Counted from the first letter of the stretch, positions 18,100 through 30,300 are shown. The stretch: 64,000 nt of DNA from an uncultured Gammaproteobacteria bacterium (GCA_964594455.1 CAZQLY010000002.1:3819-67818); one strand, 5' to 3'. Notes: generated from the sequence alone by a model not told the origin. Made by a program: numbers and translations.

Positions 18100-20743
18100 G
18101 ATGTGACAAATGATGAATGTTATCTAATACTTTTTTAGCTTCGGCTAATTCCTGTTCGGCTAAACGCAAGCGTTCTTGCTTTTGACCGATTATTTCCAAA
18201 GGCACTTTTGAGTTTTCTTCCAGCTTAGTTGCTTCAGAGCGCAACTTGTTGACATAAACTTGTTTATCAATAAAGCGCTTTTTTGCCTGCTCGATATTTT
18301 TTGAGTCCAGTAGTTTTTTAACAAGATCATCAGTTAAGTGAAGTTGAAACTTAACAGAGCCTGACGCTAATGTCAAAGAGTGTTTGGTAACGGTTTTGGA
18401 ATATTTGGTTTTAGCTAATGACTCTATAATTCCCGAGTTATTTTGGATAACTTTGTTAGAACTCGAGAAACCCAATACAGTTCCGGGCGGTATACTGTAA
18501 CTGTGTTTGGCGTTTCGTATGTTCACAACGGTGTTTTGTATGATTTCAAAATCGCGTTCGGCAACCAGCTGCTTCTGTTTTTGTGCTACTTGAGGCCACT
18601 CTTCGATTAACAAGTTATTATTGCCCAACTCACCCCACAGTTTTTCAGTTATAAATGGCGAGAAGGGGTGCAGCAGTTTCAATATTTGTTCCAAGACGTA
18701 ATAGAGAACTGAATCGTTCTTTTCTGTCTTGTGTATTTCAATATACCAATCAGCAAATTCGTGCCAGACAAACTCGTAAGTTTTTATTCCCGCGTCTGAT
18801 AATCTGAAGCATTCGATATCTTCGGTAACAGAATTTATCAGATTATTTAAGCGTGACAAAACCCATTTGTCTGCCAATGTTTTGGGTTTGGGTTTAGCTG
18901 TCTTGGGTTTTTTCTGGGTTAAGACATACCGAGCTATGTTCCAGAGTTTATTGGAAAAGTTACGATAGCCGGCAATTTTTTCTACTGACAATTTAAGATC
19001 ATTGCCCGGAGTGGTGCCCAACACCAGGCTGAGTCGAACCGCATCAGCCCCATACTTCTTTGACATTTCTAAGGGGTCAATGCCATTGCCTAATGATTTA
19101 GACATCTTACGGCCCTGCTTGTCTCGAACTAATCCGTGTAGATAAACTTTTTCAAAAGGGATCTCGTTGAGCAGGTAGGTAGACATCAAAATCATCCTTG
19201 CTACCCAGAAAAAGATAATGTCATAGCCAGTTTCCATAACTGAAGTAGGATGGAAGGTTTTTAAATCTTTGGTTTTATCCGGCCAACCTAGTGTTGAAAA
19301 AGTCCACAGCCCTGAGGAAAACCAGGTGTCCAAGGTGTCGTAGTCTTGGTGGATATTTGAGCTGCCGCACTTAGGACACTTCTTAGGATCTTCACCTTTA
19401 ACTATCCAATAGTAATCGCCACTGTTGTATTTTTTTGGATCGTCATGGCAGTCAATGCAATACCAGACTGGAATTCGATGGCCATACCAGAGCTGTCGGG
19501 AGATACACCAGTCGTGCAGGTTTTCCATCCAGTGCTGGTAAGTATTTTCAAATCGGTTGGGAATAAAATCAATCTCTTTATTTTTAATCACAGCCAGAGC
19601 GCGTTGTTTCAATGTCTTGCCATTGAGCTGCTTAGTTGGTTTATCAACGGCCACAAACCATTGCCGCGACACTAAGGGTTCAATAGGCGTGCCACAGCGG
19701 TAACAGACGGAAAGATTGTGTTTGTAATTTTCATCAATATGATCAACCAGGCCTTTGACCTGAAGTATTTCCACAACTTTTTTTCTAGCTTCTTTGACTG
19801 GTAACCCGGCTAGTTCACCGGCAGCCAGAGAGAGCTTACCGTCTTTATCGATTATTTTCTCGATCGGTATGTTGTATTTCTGAGCCAGTTCAAAATCAAC
19901 GAAGCTATGACCTGGCGTTATTGTCATGGCTCCAGTGCCCATCTTGGGATCGGCAGCCGGATCAGCTATTACCTTAGCCTTTATCTTTCCTAGAATCCAT
20001 TCAATCTCAAACTCCTCGTCTATCAATTCTTTGTATCGCTTGTCCTGAGGATGGACAATGACAACCTTATCGCCAAATTTAGTTTCTGGCCGGGCTGTAC
20101 CTATGATCACCGGACCATATTTGAAATAATAAAACGGCGCGGTCTGTTCTTTGTATTCCACCTCGTCATCGGCTAGAGTTGATTGGCAGCGCGGACACCA
20201 GTTAACTATCCGATCGCCTCGATAAATCAGGCCGTCTTCGTAGAATTTGATAAAAGCAGTTTTAACGGCTCGAGACAAGCCCTCATCTAGCGTAAACCGT
20301 TCCCGCGACCAATCTAAGCTTGAGCCCAGGCTTTTAACCTGATTTTTTATTGTAACTTTTGATTTCTCCACGTAGTCGTCTATGCGCTGACGGAATTTGG
20401 CCCGGCCTAAGTCTTCTTTCTTTTTACCTTCTTTGGCTAGAAGTTTTTCTACTACATTCTGAGTGGCAATAGCCGCATGATCCATACCAGGCAGCCAAAG
20501 AGCCTTATCACCCTTCATCCGGTGATAACGTACGATAATATCTTGAATAGCTAGCATAACCGCGTGGCCAATGTGAAGCTGCCCAGTTACGTTGGGTGGT
20601 GGCAATGAGATGGAGAATTTTTTGGTGCCCTTTTTTGTTGGCAACTTATCAGGATTAAAAAAACCAGACTTTTCCCACTGCTGGTAAATCACTGATTCAA
20701 CCTCATTGGCGGCGTAGGTTTTTGGTAATTCTTTTTTATCCAT
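18092..20743 (-). CDS. valS: Valine--tRNA ligase
   Basis: PPPNVTGQLHIGHA, DWCISRQLWYGHRIP, DTLDTWFSS, KMSKS. Confidence 0.97.
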   Translation of the reverse strand: MDKKELPKTYAANEVESVIYQQWEKSGFFNPDKLPTKKGTKKFSISLPPPNVTGQLHIGHAVMLAIQDIIVRYHRMKGDKALWLPGMDHAAIATQNVVEKLLAKEGKKKEDLGRAKFRQRIDDYVEKSKVTIKNQVKSLGSSLDWSRERFTLDEGLSRAVKTAFIKFYEDGLIYRGDRIVNWCPRCQSTLADDEVEYKEQTAPFYYFKYGPVIIGTARPETKFGDKVVIVHPQDKRYKELIDEEFEIEWILGKIKAKVIADPAADPKMGTGAMTITPGHSFVDFELAQKYNIPIEKIIDKDGKLSLAAGELAGLPVKEARKKVVEILQVKGLVDHIDENYKHNLSVCYRCGTPIEPLVSRQWFVAVDKPTKQLNGKTLKQRALAVIKNKEIDFIPNRFENTYQHWMENLHDWCISRQLWYGHRIPVWYCIDCHDDPKKYNSGDYYWIVKGEDPKKCPKCGSSNIHQDYDTLDTWFSSGLWTFSTLGWPDKTKDLKTFHPTSVMETGYDIIFFWVARMILMSTYLLNEIPFEKVYLHGLVRDKQGRKMSKSLGNGIDPLEMSKKYGADAVRLSLVLGTTPGNDLKLSVEKIAGYRNFSNKLWNIARYVLTQKKPKTAKPKPKTLADKWVLSRLNNLINSVTEDIECFRLSDAGIKTYEFVWHEFADWYIEIHKTEKNDSVLYYVLEQILKLLHPFSPFITEKLWGELGNNNLLIEEWPQVAQKQKQLVAERDFEIIQNTVVNIRNAKHSYSIPPGTVLGFSSSNKVIQNNSGIIESLAKTKYSKTVTKHSLTLASGSVKFQLHLTDDLVKKLLDSKNIEQAKKRFIDKQVYVNKLRSEATKLEENSKVPLEIIGQKQERLRLAEQELAEAKKVLDNIHHLSHHA

Positions 20744-20836
20744 AAAAATTCACAACTTCCACTTAATTTTACTTGATAAAAAGAAGCTTAGCAAACGATT
20801 GACTTGCTGATTGAAAACCCTATGTGTTAAAGGTTA

Positions 20837-21829
20837 TTATAAATTAAGATTAGGATTAGCCTTAATATTCTTCCAATTAACCGGTTCATTGTAATAACCA
20901 GCCACAGCAATCATAGTGGCATTATCAGTAGAATGTTTAAAGGCCGGTGAATAAAATTTAACACCTTTGAAGCTAGTTGTAGCTTGAGCCAGACTAGTCC
21001 TCAGATGTTGATTAGCAGCTACCCCTCCAGCCAACAGAACGCTTTTAGTTTCGTGTTGTTTAACCGCTTTAATAGTTTTTGACACTAATACATCGATAGC
21101 GGCTTGTTGAAATGAAGCGCACAAATCATTAATCTTGGAAGGGGGAGTTTTTCCATCTTTATAAAGATATAGTACGGCGGTTTTTAAACCAGCGAAACTA
21201 AAATTGTAATTATCATGATCAAGCATGGGACGCGGTAAATCGTAAGCATTAGAATTTCCTTGCCGTGATAATTTTTCAATAATAGGCCCTCCGGGATAGC
21301 CAAGTTTTAGAAGCTTAGCCACTTTATCAAAAGCCTCTCCGGCGGCATCATCCAGGGTTTGACCGATAACCTCATAGCGTCCTATTTTTTTCATCAACAC
21401 CAATTCGGTATGTCCGCCAGAAACCACTAAGACAATGGCTGGGAGTTTGATATTTTGGTGATCAATGAAATTTGACAGTATATGACCCTCGAGGTGATTA
21501 ACCCCCACAATTGGCTTATTCCAGGCGTAGGCGAGCGTTTTTGCGGTTTCTACGCCTATCAGAAGGGATGTAATCAAACCAGGACCTTTGGTTACGGCGA
21601 TCCGATCAATAGAATTTGGATCCACTTTTTTCAGAGCAGTATCTAAAATTGGACCGAAATTCTCGATATGTTTTCTAGCCGCTACCTCAGGAACGATACC
21701 TCCGTATTTGGCATGAATTTTTACCTGAGAAGAAACAATCTCAGAAATTATCTTTACTTTTTTTCTGTTAATTTCTATCAAACTGACAGATGTATCGTCA
21801 CAGGATGTTTCAATTCCTAATATTTTCAT
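20837..21829 (-). CDS. tsaD: tRNA N6-adenosine threonylcarbamoyltransferase TsaD
   Basis: LGIETSCDDT, HLEGH, SGGHT, DDAAGEAFDK, TDNATMIA. Confidence 0.97.
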   Translation of the reverse strand: MKILGIETSCDDTSVSLIEINRKKVKIISEIVSSQVKIHAKYGGIVPEVAARKHIENFGPILDTALKKVDPNSIDRIAVTKGPGLITSLLIGVETAKTLAYAWNKPIVGVNHLEGHILSNFIDHQNIKLPAIVLVVSGGHTELVLMKKIGRYEVIGQTLDDAAGEAFDKVAKLLKLGYPGGPIIEKLSRQGNSNAYDLPRPMLDHDNYNFSFAGLKTAVLYLYKDGKTPPSKINDLCASFQQAAIDVLVSKTIKAVKQHETKSVLLAGGVAANQHLRTSLAQATTSFKGVKFYSPAFKHSTDNATMIAVAGYYNEPVNWKNIKANPNLNL

Positions 21830-21868
21830 AATAATATTCTACCTTAGTTATTCAGCCTAGCCAAATCA

Positions 21869-21897
21869 TTGACAAAGATAAATTTAATCGCTATTAT
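21869..21897 (+). promoter_or_regulatory. Promoter of the tRNA-Glu locus
   Basis: TTGACA-17-TATTAT just upstream of the 5' tRNA fragment. Confidence 0.6.
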
Positions 21898-21914
21898 AAG
21901 CGAAGATTGTTTCC

Positions 21915-21980
21915 TGGCCCCATCGTCTAATGGCCCGCCTCGACTCGCTCGCGCAAGTCGGGCGAGGCGGGTTAGGACAC
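21915..21980 (+). repeat. Duplicated tRNA-Glu 5' fragment interrupted by a 38-nt hairpin insert (21934-21971)
   Basis: TGGCCCCATCGTCTAATGG|TTAGGACAC is identical to the intact gene start; insert CCCGCCTCG..CGAGGCGGG. Confidence 0.9.
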
Positions 21981-22026
21981 GTTTTGCTTAAGGAATACAT
22001 ATTAAGAATATTAAAGCCCTAATCAT

Positions 22027-22101
22027 GGCCCCATCGTCTAATGGTTAGGACACCAGGTTTTCAACCTGGCAATCGGGGTTCGACTCCCCGTGGGGTCACC
22101 A
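22027..22101 (+). tRNA. tRNA-Glu(TTC)
   Basis: Cloverleaf GGCCCCA/TGGGGTC, anticodon arm CCAGG-TTTTCAA-CCTGG, TTCGA loop, encoded CCA. Confidence 0.96.
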
Positions 22102-22181
22102 AGAAAATGAAAATCATTTTATATTTTTGATACGCGGTTTCCTAGCCATTGGGGGTAGCCTACCCACTATGGATGTCGGGA

Positions 22182-22236
22182 ACTCCCCGTGCCTGCACGC
22201 CAGAGTGCGTTTCGGCACGCAGGCGTGGGGTCATCA
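22182..22236 (+). repeat. Duplicated tRNA-Glu 3' fragment interrupted by a 34-nt hairpin insert (22191-22224)
   Basis: ACTCCCCGT[GCCTGC..GCAGGC]GTGGGGTCATCA versus intact ACTCCCCGTGGGGTCACCA; GT repeated at both junctions. Confidence 0.85.
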
Positions 22237-22269
22237 AAAAACAGCTGGTATTTTATGAGCTGTTTTTTG
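22235..22269. terminator. Bidirectional terminator
   Basis: CAAAAAACAGCT..AGCTGTTTTTTG between the tRNA locus and the convergent permease gene. Confidence 0.65.
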
Positions 22270-22277
22270 ATAGTATC

Positions 22278-23474
22278 CTATTCGTATCTCAAAGCGTCTA
22301 GGGGGTTCAGCTTGGAAGCGCGGTTAGCTGGATAGACTCCGGTGATGAAGCCAATCGCCAATGCAATTGCCAGCATCAGTATAATGAATAGCCAAGGAGT
22401 ATAAAAGACATCTACAGGTTCGCCGCCAAAACGATTAGCTAAATAGTTTAAGCCCAGGTTGGCCAAGGCTCCGCTCCCCCAACCGACAGCGATTCCAGCC
22501 ATACCGCCAGTTACTGAAATAACCCATGATTCAGCCAGGAATAATCTATAAATATCACGACGAGTTGAGCCCAAGGCTTTCATAATTCCTACCTCGCGCG
22601 TACGTTCTAACAAGGAGACTGTTAAAGTATTAAAAGCGCCCAGTGAAGCAACGAACATAGCTATTAAACCAAACCCGGCCATCACTACTTGGAATACCAC
22701 GAATATCTGATCGATTTGACCGACTGTATCTGCCAACGAATCCACTCGATAACCCTGAGTTTCTATTAGTACGCGGGCATCAGTCAATTTAGTTCTCTCA
22801 GTTACTTTGACTTTTGCCATATCAAATTCTTTGACGCCAAACGGGGTCAGAATATCGAGCGGAATATAGGCGATGCTCAATTCTTCATCTTCTATTACAC
22901 CGACAACCTTTACGCTGACGTCTTCAGAAACCTGCTCGCCGGTTTCGGATTCAGGATCGGGTACAAACACCTTTAATCGGATAGACTCGCCGAGTACATC
23001 CTGTCTATTCTCTACACCCAGCAATTCCAGAGCGGTGGTAGTTAAGAGAGCTTCATCATCCACCCCTTCATTTAAAGCCCGTCCGGCATTCACTATCCGA
23101 GTGCCTTCCAAAACCGCGTAAGCTGGATTAATTCCAAAAACCGCAATATCAGTACCAGCGTTGTTATACAAAGCCTGACCAGATAGATTGATTGATGGAC
23201 TGACATCAACCACATTAGGAATTGCCTTGAAGCTGTCCATAGCCTTTTCGTCAATCTTGAGCAATAACGATTCGCCGGTAGTTACTTCTAGAATAGTCAA
23301 AGCATCGATATTAGTTACCCTATCTTTGATCAAACGCTGCAAACCAAAACCCAAGGATACTAAAAAAACTATGGCTGAAATACCTATAATCATGCCTCCA
23401 ATTGTTAGGAAACTTCTCAGTTTGCGATTCTTCAGGTTGGAGGTTGAAAGAAATAAAATGTAAGCTAGTTTCAT
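22278..23474 (-). CDS. MacB/FtsX-family ABC transporter permease
   Basis: RSFLTIGGMIIGI, ERTREVGIMKALG, YPANRASKLNPLDALRYE. Confidence 0.93.
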   Translation of the reverse strand: MKLAYILFLSTSNLKNRKLRSFLTIGGMIIGISAIVFLVSLGFGLQRLIKDRVTNIDALTILEVTTGESLLLKIDEKAMDSFKAIPNVVDVSPSINLSGQALYNNAGTDIAVFGINPAYAVLEGTRIVNAGRALNEGVDDEALLTTTALELLGVENRQDVLGESIRLKVFVPDPESETGEQVSEDVSVKVVGVIEDEELSIAYIPLDILTPFGVKEFDMAKVKVTERTKLTDARVLIETQGYRVDSLADTVGQIDQIFVVFQVVMAGFGLIAMFVASLGAFNTLTVSLLERTREVGIMKALGSTRRDIYRLFLAESWVISVTGGMAGIAVGWGSGALANLGLNYLANRFGGEPVDVFYTPWLFIILMLAIALAIGFITGVYPANRASKLNPLDALRYE

Positions 23475-23477
23475 GGC

Positions 23478-24290
23478 TTAAATGTTGATCTGTTTGTTTA
23501 AAATTTCTCCATCTTTCATGTAAACGGTCCGAGTAGCGTAATGGACGTAGTCAATGTTGTGAGTAACCATGATGATGGTTCGCTTGGAGTCTTCATTGAG
23601 AGATCGAAAAATCTTCATAACGTTCTCGGCAGATTCACTATCGAGGTTTCCGGTCGGCTCGTCAGTGACCAAAATCCAAGGGTTGTTAATCAAAGCCCGG
23701 GCGATAGTGGCACGTTGCTGCTGTCCACCGGATAGCTCGGTCGCTGAGAAATATGCGCGATGGTCAATCTTCAATTTACGCAGTAGTTCTAAGGCGCGAT
23801 TATGGCGATATTTACGCGGAATGTCGGTGATCGCCAAAGGCAGAGAGACGTTGTCAATCACATTCAGTGATTTCAACCAATCAGGTTTCTGATAGACTAC
23901 TCCATATTTTTTCAATCGGAACTGGGCTAATTGGTCCAAGGTGTAATTTGTAATATCATGGCCGCGGATAATTACTCGACCGGAGGAAGGTTTTTCCAGA
24001 CCAATCATAGTATTAAGCAGGGTTGATTTTCCACAACCAGATGGCCCTAAAATAACAACAAATTCCCTGGGATAGATCTCCAGGTTGATGTTTTTAAGAA
24101 TTTTAACCCACTCATTGCCAACCCGAAAACTTTTGTTGACGTTTTCTATCTTAATAATCGGCTTTTTATATACCGAATCTTGATTTATCTGGCGCTGCTG
24201 TTCGGCTGCTACTTCAGTAATACTTGGCTGCTCTTTTGCTGGTTTAGCCGGGGTTTTATTTTGTTCGTTGTTAGTAACTGCTTCTGGCAT
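23478..24290 (-). CDS. ABC transporter ATP-binding protein (LolD/MacB type)
   Basis: GPSGCGKST, LSGGQQQR, DEPTGNLD, MVTH. Confidence 0.95.
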   Translation of the reverse strand: MPEAVTNNEQNKTPAKPAKEQPSITEVAAEQQRQINQDSVYKKPIIKIENVNKSFRVGNEWVKILKNINLEIYPREFVVILGPSGCGKSTLLNTMIGLEKPSSGRVIIRGHDITNYTLDQLAQFRLKKYGVVYQKPDWLKSLNVIDNVSLPLAITDIPRKYRHNRALELLRKLKIDHRAYFSATELSGGQQQRATIARALINNPWILVTDEPTGNLDSESAENVMKIFRSLNEDSKRTIIMVTHNIDYVHYATRTVYMKDGEILNKQINI

Positions 24291-24358
24291 ATTTATATTC
24301 CTGCTTTGTCGGTTAGATTATAACATAAAATAATTATTTTTTATACCCAATTGGAATG

Positions 24359-27300
24359 TTACTGAAATATGTCTGTGATATTTCCTAACCAGGAGAAGGT
24401 GTCTTCTAAGTTGGCTATTACTAATTGTAGGAAGGATTCGCGAGTTCGGGAGGTTAGGATAGAGTAAGAACCTGATTTGGAAATATTTCCTGCTCGGTCA
24501 GCCGCTACCACCCTGAAATGATAGGTACGAGCCGGAGATAGATTTGAAACTACCATTAGGTGGTCAAATACTAGTTCGGCATTTTCATCCGTTTCACCGG
24601 TATAGGAAGATTCGGATAAACCTTCGCCATATTCAACTTTGGAAGTGGTGGCTTCGTTGGTCTGCCAGGATACTATTATTTGAATCTTTGAGCCTTCGCC
24701 GGTTCCTACGGTATTGGATTCTGATTGGACGTTAGAAATGATAGGCGGCGTGGTATCTTTCAGAGTAGTGAAGTTTAATTCCGGCGAGACTGCCTCATAT
24801 CCGAATTGATCTGTACCGCGCACCTTAGTCAAATAAGTCGTATCGTCCTCCAAGCCAAACAGTAGAATTGAGTGCTCTGTTACTAACGCTGTATTACCCT
24901 GGGTTTTTGATGGGATGTCGGCGTTATAGTACTCTACCGTGGAAGTGGTAGGAACGTTAGTTGTCCAAGTGACTTCGGTTTCACCTTCAGCTTTATTTTG
25001 GAACTGGACATCAGATACACGCGGGAAAGTCAGAGTCGTAAATGAATAGTCGTCTGATTGAACCGGATTATTGTTTGAATCTACTCCGGCCATACGCAGA
25101 TGATAAGTTGTGCCGTCAGTCAGTTGTTCCAGCTTCACCGTATGAGTAAAGGTCAACGATCCTCCCACGTCAGTGTACGTAGTGCCGTATTGAGTGCTCG
25201 TTCCGTATTCAATCGCCGTGGTTGTTTCTTTGTTGGTCTTCCAGGAAATTATGGCATCAAACAAACGCACGTCAGTGATAGATACCTCTTGAACTCTTGG
25301 TGCTTCCAGGGTAGTAAATGATCCTACCTCCGAGTAAGCGGCGTTTTCGTCAATGTCGATACTCTTAATACGATAGTAATATTTGGTAACTGGAGACAAG
25401 CCTGTGATCTTTAAATCGTGGTCTTCTACTTGGTCAGCCGTACCTTGTTCTTCACCCAGTGAGCTGGTTAGTCCAAATTCAACGAACGATGAGGCCTCGC
25501 GCTCTGTCTTCCAGCTGATCGTTGCGCTATATGAGTCTGGGGCGGCTACCGGGTCCTTGGTGATGGCTGGTGGTTCGGTGTAACGGCCCTCGGGGATTTC
25601 TGATACCGGATCAGTTGCATCCGATGTCGCACCCGCTTTATCCGAAGCCACAACTTTATAATAATATTCAATAGAATTATCTAAGCCGGTATCAAGATAA
25701 CCAGTAGAGGTTATCTGAGCGATGAAATCAAATGAATCACCATCATCCTCTGACCTGTATATTGTGTAATAAAGAGTATCATCTTCTTGGTTGAGATCTG
25801 ATGAGGTTGTTGGAGAGTCCCAAGTTAAAGTTATATTGTAGCGTTTAGCGTTACGGTCTGAAGAGTCTACTATGGTAACATTTTGTGGTTCACCTGGTGG
25901 TTCTGTTTCAACCTCAAACTCTGTTGAGGCGTAATTAGAATAACTGTAATTTCCAGCATCATCGACCGCTATTATGTATATAGTATTAACACCTTGCTGA
26001 GTAGCGGCAGCGACTGGGCCCAGAGAAGAATCAGTTACATAACTAACGTTATCTTCGTTTGGAATATTATTTATGCTATAAAAATATCCATCTATTGTTA
26101 CGCCCTCATCGGTAGGAGGATCCCAATCAAATGTGAAGCGGTTTACGGTGTTGTATTCTGGATCAACTGTCAGGTTAATTGGGGCTGAGGGGGCTTCATT
26201 AGTAGTAAATGTATAATCTGGCGAGTATCCAATATTGCCATCTTGATCAACCCATTTAAGTCTGAAATGGTAAGTTGTGGCTGGCTCCAAATCAATCATT
26301 GTAACGCTGTGAGAGGAAACCAGATCGGATGAACCCTGCTCCCCACCGTAGTCGGTTGTTAAGCCATATTGGACAAAAGAACTAGCCGGATGGGTTGATG
26401 GTTCAGTTAGCCACTCAACCAAACAAGACCTAATTCTAGCCTGAACCGACGGACTACCAACTTGATCTGGCGGCTCAGTATATTTACCTTCTGGTACCAT
26501 GGAAAGAGCCGTGGTGTAATCAGATTCTGCACCGGCCAAGTCAACAGCCGATACTCTGTAATAATATTCGACAGTGTTGGATAAGCTGACATCGGTATAG
26601 GCATATTCGCTCTGGCCATCAACGTGAAGCAAGCTTTCACGCAAAGAATAAGTTTCCCCATCAGTTGATCGATAGATATTATATTTATACAAAACCGAAC
26701 CTTCGTTTTCAGCCGGCTCCTTCCAGCCTATTGTTAATCTATAGGATTGAGAGTCTCGATTGGAAGCATCAGCCAAGGAGAAGCTTTGAGGTGCGTTTGG
26801 TGAGATAGTATCCGATTCAAATTCTATACAGCCGATCCCGGCATCACAATCAAAGTCTTCTGTCTCCCAATCCACTAAGCCGGCCTCATCTTTGGCAACA
26901 ATATAGAACGTATTGGTTCCGGGTTGGGTATTAGGCGTACGGAAAGCTGCTAAATATCTACCCTCTGTTTCTACTGATGTGGTCCATCGGCCGTAAGTGC
27001 TGTTGGTACAATAACTGGCGGTTGGAATTTCATTTATTTGGTAACAATAAGAGCCAATGTCGAAAGCGTGCTGAGTAGGCTCGGTCCAGGCAAAGGTATG
27101 TGAGTAAGCATCGCCTTCAACAGCTCCGTGTTCAACGTTCAATGGTAGCGATGGAGGTGTCTGGGCCCAGCGATAAGCCACTGATTCGTATTCTCCGCCG
27201 TTGGAGTAGTTACCAGCTTCGTCTAAAGTCCTTATTTTCAAGTAGTTAACTCCTTCGGCTAAAGCCTCTAAGTCCAACAAAGAGGTTTGGGAGCTTGATA

Positions 27301-30300
27301 TGCATGTATCATCGGCGTCCTGTGTTGATTCATCAAAGTATCGTTTGTAACAGTGCTGGAAGCTGGGCGAACCACCAGAGTCGGACCCGGCAGTCCAGTA
27401 GAAATTAAAACTGTTTGCCGCCGAAGGGACCGCTGGACTAGACGCCAAATTGGTCGGACGTGATGGAGCAACATTGTCAAAGCTGTATGTGAAAGGAGAC
27501 CAGCTCGTGCTTGAAATGTTTCCGTTATAATCACGAGTCTTAATGCGCAAATAATATGTGCTACCAGTACTTAAGCTGGAAGCAGTATAAGTAGCAGCTG
27601 ACTGGAGTGTTCCCTCAGATTCTGGATCAGCATCTGAAGTTGTACCGAAATAGACATAGTATCCTTGAATGCCAATTCCACCAGCATTGTCAGCGGCTCC
27701 GGTCCAGGAGAAATATGGTGATTCGTGGTTATACCAATTGCCGGTTGTAATTGCATCACCACCTTCTTCATCTAAAGAAGTTAAGGTATCAGGATTTGAT
27801 GGCGCAGTACCATCAGAATAATAACTAAGAGTGATATCGTTGACTGTTGGAGTATATACTTGGTCGGAAGTGAAGGTTACCTTTATCTGAAAGTACTGAG
27901 CCGGCGTTGAATCAACTGTGTAGTAATCTGTGGTGCCATAATTGAATTCATTGGAAACCTCATCCCAATCAGACCAGTTTTCATCATTTCCGTCATCAGA
28001 GCAGCCCGCATCTGAACAAGTACGGGTTTCATATTTAAGAGATGTTTCAGAGGCCTCGGAGTCATTAATTTTCAGACCACCAAAGTCGTATATAGATCCG
28101 AGATCGAGAATTTGAGATGTCCAGGTGCCATTGGGCTGGAAGCCGGTGGAAGCTGAGGAGGGAACATATCTGGTCATAGCTGAAGTGTTATAGCCCCGGA
28201 AACCGTATAGAATTCCATTGGTTCCGGTCTCCAGAGCGCCATAATACCAATATTCATCGTTGGTGCTTCTGATGCTTCCACCCGTTTCCCAGGAATCTCC
28301 TGAAACGCTGTAAACATAGAAATCTGTGCTACTACTAGTTCCAGCCGGTACATAAATTAGATCACTGCCGTCATAAGCACAGCCGTCGGACTGATAAATG
28401 TTGCCTGGCGCATCAGTCAATGTATCTATGGCGTCCCAGTTTCCAGCTGAAGGACCAGTTAGATTATAGCGGAATATATCAGCTGTGTTCTGAGCCCTGA
28501 CAGTATAGACATAATCAACCCCACCAGTGCTTGCTTTGACAGAACAGCCGCCCTGATATATACCAGCCGGGGTAGTGTCCAGATCAGTGTCCCAAGTGTT
28601 TGTAGCGATTTCGTATCGATAAAAGGATGTAGTGTTTTGACCGCGCACTGTGTAAATATACCCATCTCCACCGTCTACCAAGTTTGCCCCATAACCCAGC
28701 CAGTTAGGTGCGGCATTAGTACTGGTTGACCATTTGTCAGTAGCAACGTCATAGACGTACATTTTTGATTCACTGTCTTTGGTATATGAACCAGCGGCAT
28801 AAACTTTCCCACTCTTATAAACAATATCGGCGCTGATATACATCGGTATGGGTACATCCATTAATCTTTCATATTCTCCTGTAGAGATGGTGTATTTGTA
28901 AAAGTCAACTGTGTTATTGCCTCTGACTATAAACAATGTATCACTTCCATCGTAAGTAACACCGCCATAGTAGAAACCGTTAGTTGAGTGGTCGTGGGGT
29001 AATCCTGTATTAAGCCATTTGTCATTAGTCACATCATAACTGTAGAATGAATATTCGTTTTGCCCACGTAACATATATATAATATCAGTGCTGCTGTCGT
29101 ATACCATTCCATCCCCAGATCCATAACGCTTTGTTCCAGGCAGGTCACTCAAGTAATTCCAAATGTCGTTACTTATGTCATACTTGAAAAATTGATCAGA
29201 TTGTTGACCGTTTGTAGCATAGATATAACCGTCATTGTAGGTAAGGGAGGCTCCATAGCCTATAAAAAAAGGTGTAGGAGTTAAATTGGTCCAGTTGTTG
29301 CTGCTGATGTCATATCGGACAAACTGATTTGTGTTTGAACCCCGAATAGCATAAAGACAGCCAGAATTATCACTACAGTAATCACCGTTGTCTACTTGCA
29401 CCATTGCTGATCCGTAATAAAATGGCTGGTCAGGCGATGAACGAGGCGTCCAACTATCTCCGGAGATGCTGTATCTGTAAAAATCATCTGAGTTATATCC
29501 TCGATACCCGTAAATATAATCACCGCCAGTCCATGATAAAGACCCACCGTAATATACATTTCCTGAGCCACTGTAATCAGATAATGCGGTCCATGAATTA
29601 GCGTTGATATCATATCTTAGGAATTCAGCCGTATTATTTCCCACAAAAGCATAGATACAACCAGTGGAATCAGAACAATAATCTCCATTAGGTATATATG
29701 TTAGAGCAGCACCGCGATGAGCATTGGCCGTGCTATCAATGTCGGCTAATTGAGCCCAGCTCTTATTGGCGATAGAATATTTATAAAATTCTTTCGAGTC
29801 ATCTGCTCTCAAAACATATATTGTATCATCATTGTCAAAAACCATTGCGGTTCCGTAATAGGTCTCCTCTAACTGGGCGGTACCGAAGGTTGATGGTAAA
29901 TCCATCCAGAGACCTCCTGAGATTGAAGATAATTTCATACTAGTACCCGTGTCGGCGCCTGTGTTGACATTACTTGATGATGTTCCAGTAGCTTCAAAGT
30001 CGGCTTGAGCCGTCCAGACTTGAGTTGCAGCTGGGGTAACCCCGTTATAGATATATGTGAAGGCTGTTGTAGCGTCTGAAACATTTTCAGCTTGATCTTT
30101 GGTTTTTATCCTGAGGTAATAAGTCGTGCTACCAACCAATTCCTGATTTACTTCATAGGTGGTAGTTGTTTGATAATAATCTTCGCTGGATGCTGGATTA
30201 GCTCCCGAATCAGTTGTCCAGAGAACGTAATAACCAGCGATACCAGAGCTAGCATCACTGGCCCCGGACAGAATAAAGTAGGGGTTAGTATGATAGTATG

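Noticed and set aside
22106-22130. ATGAAAATCATTTTATATTTTTGA as a remnant GIY-YIG start
   Set aside because: Too short and AT-rich to distinguish from chance.
21915-22236. tRNA-end duplications as prophage or integrative-island att sites
   Set aside because: The enclosed DNA is under 100 bp, no integrase is present, and both 5' and 3' ends are duplicated.
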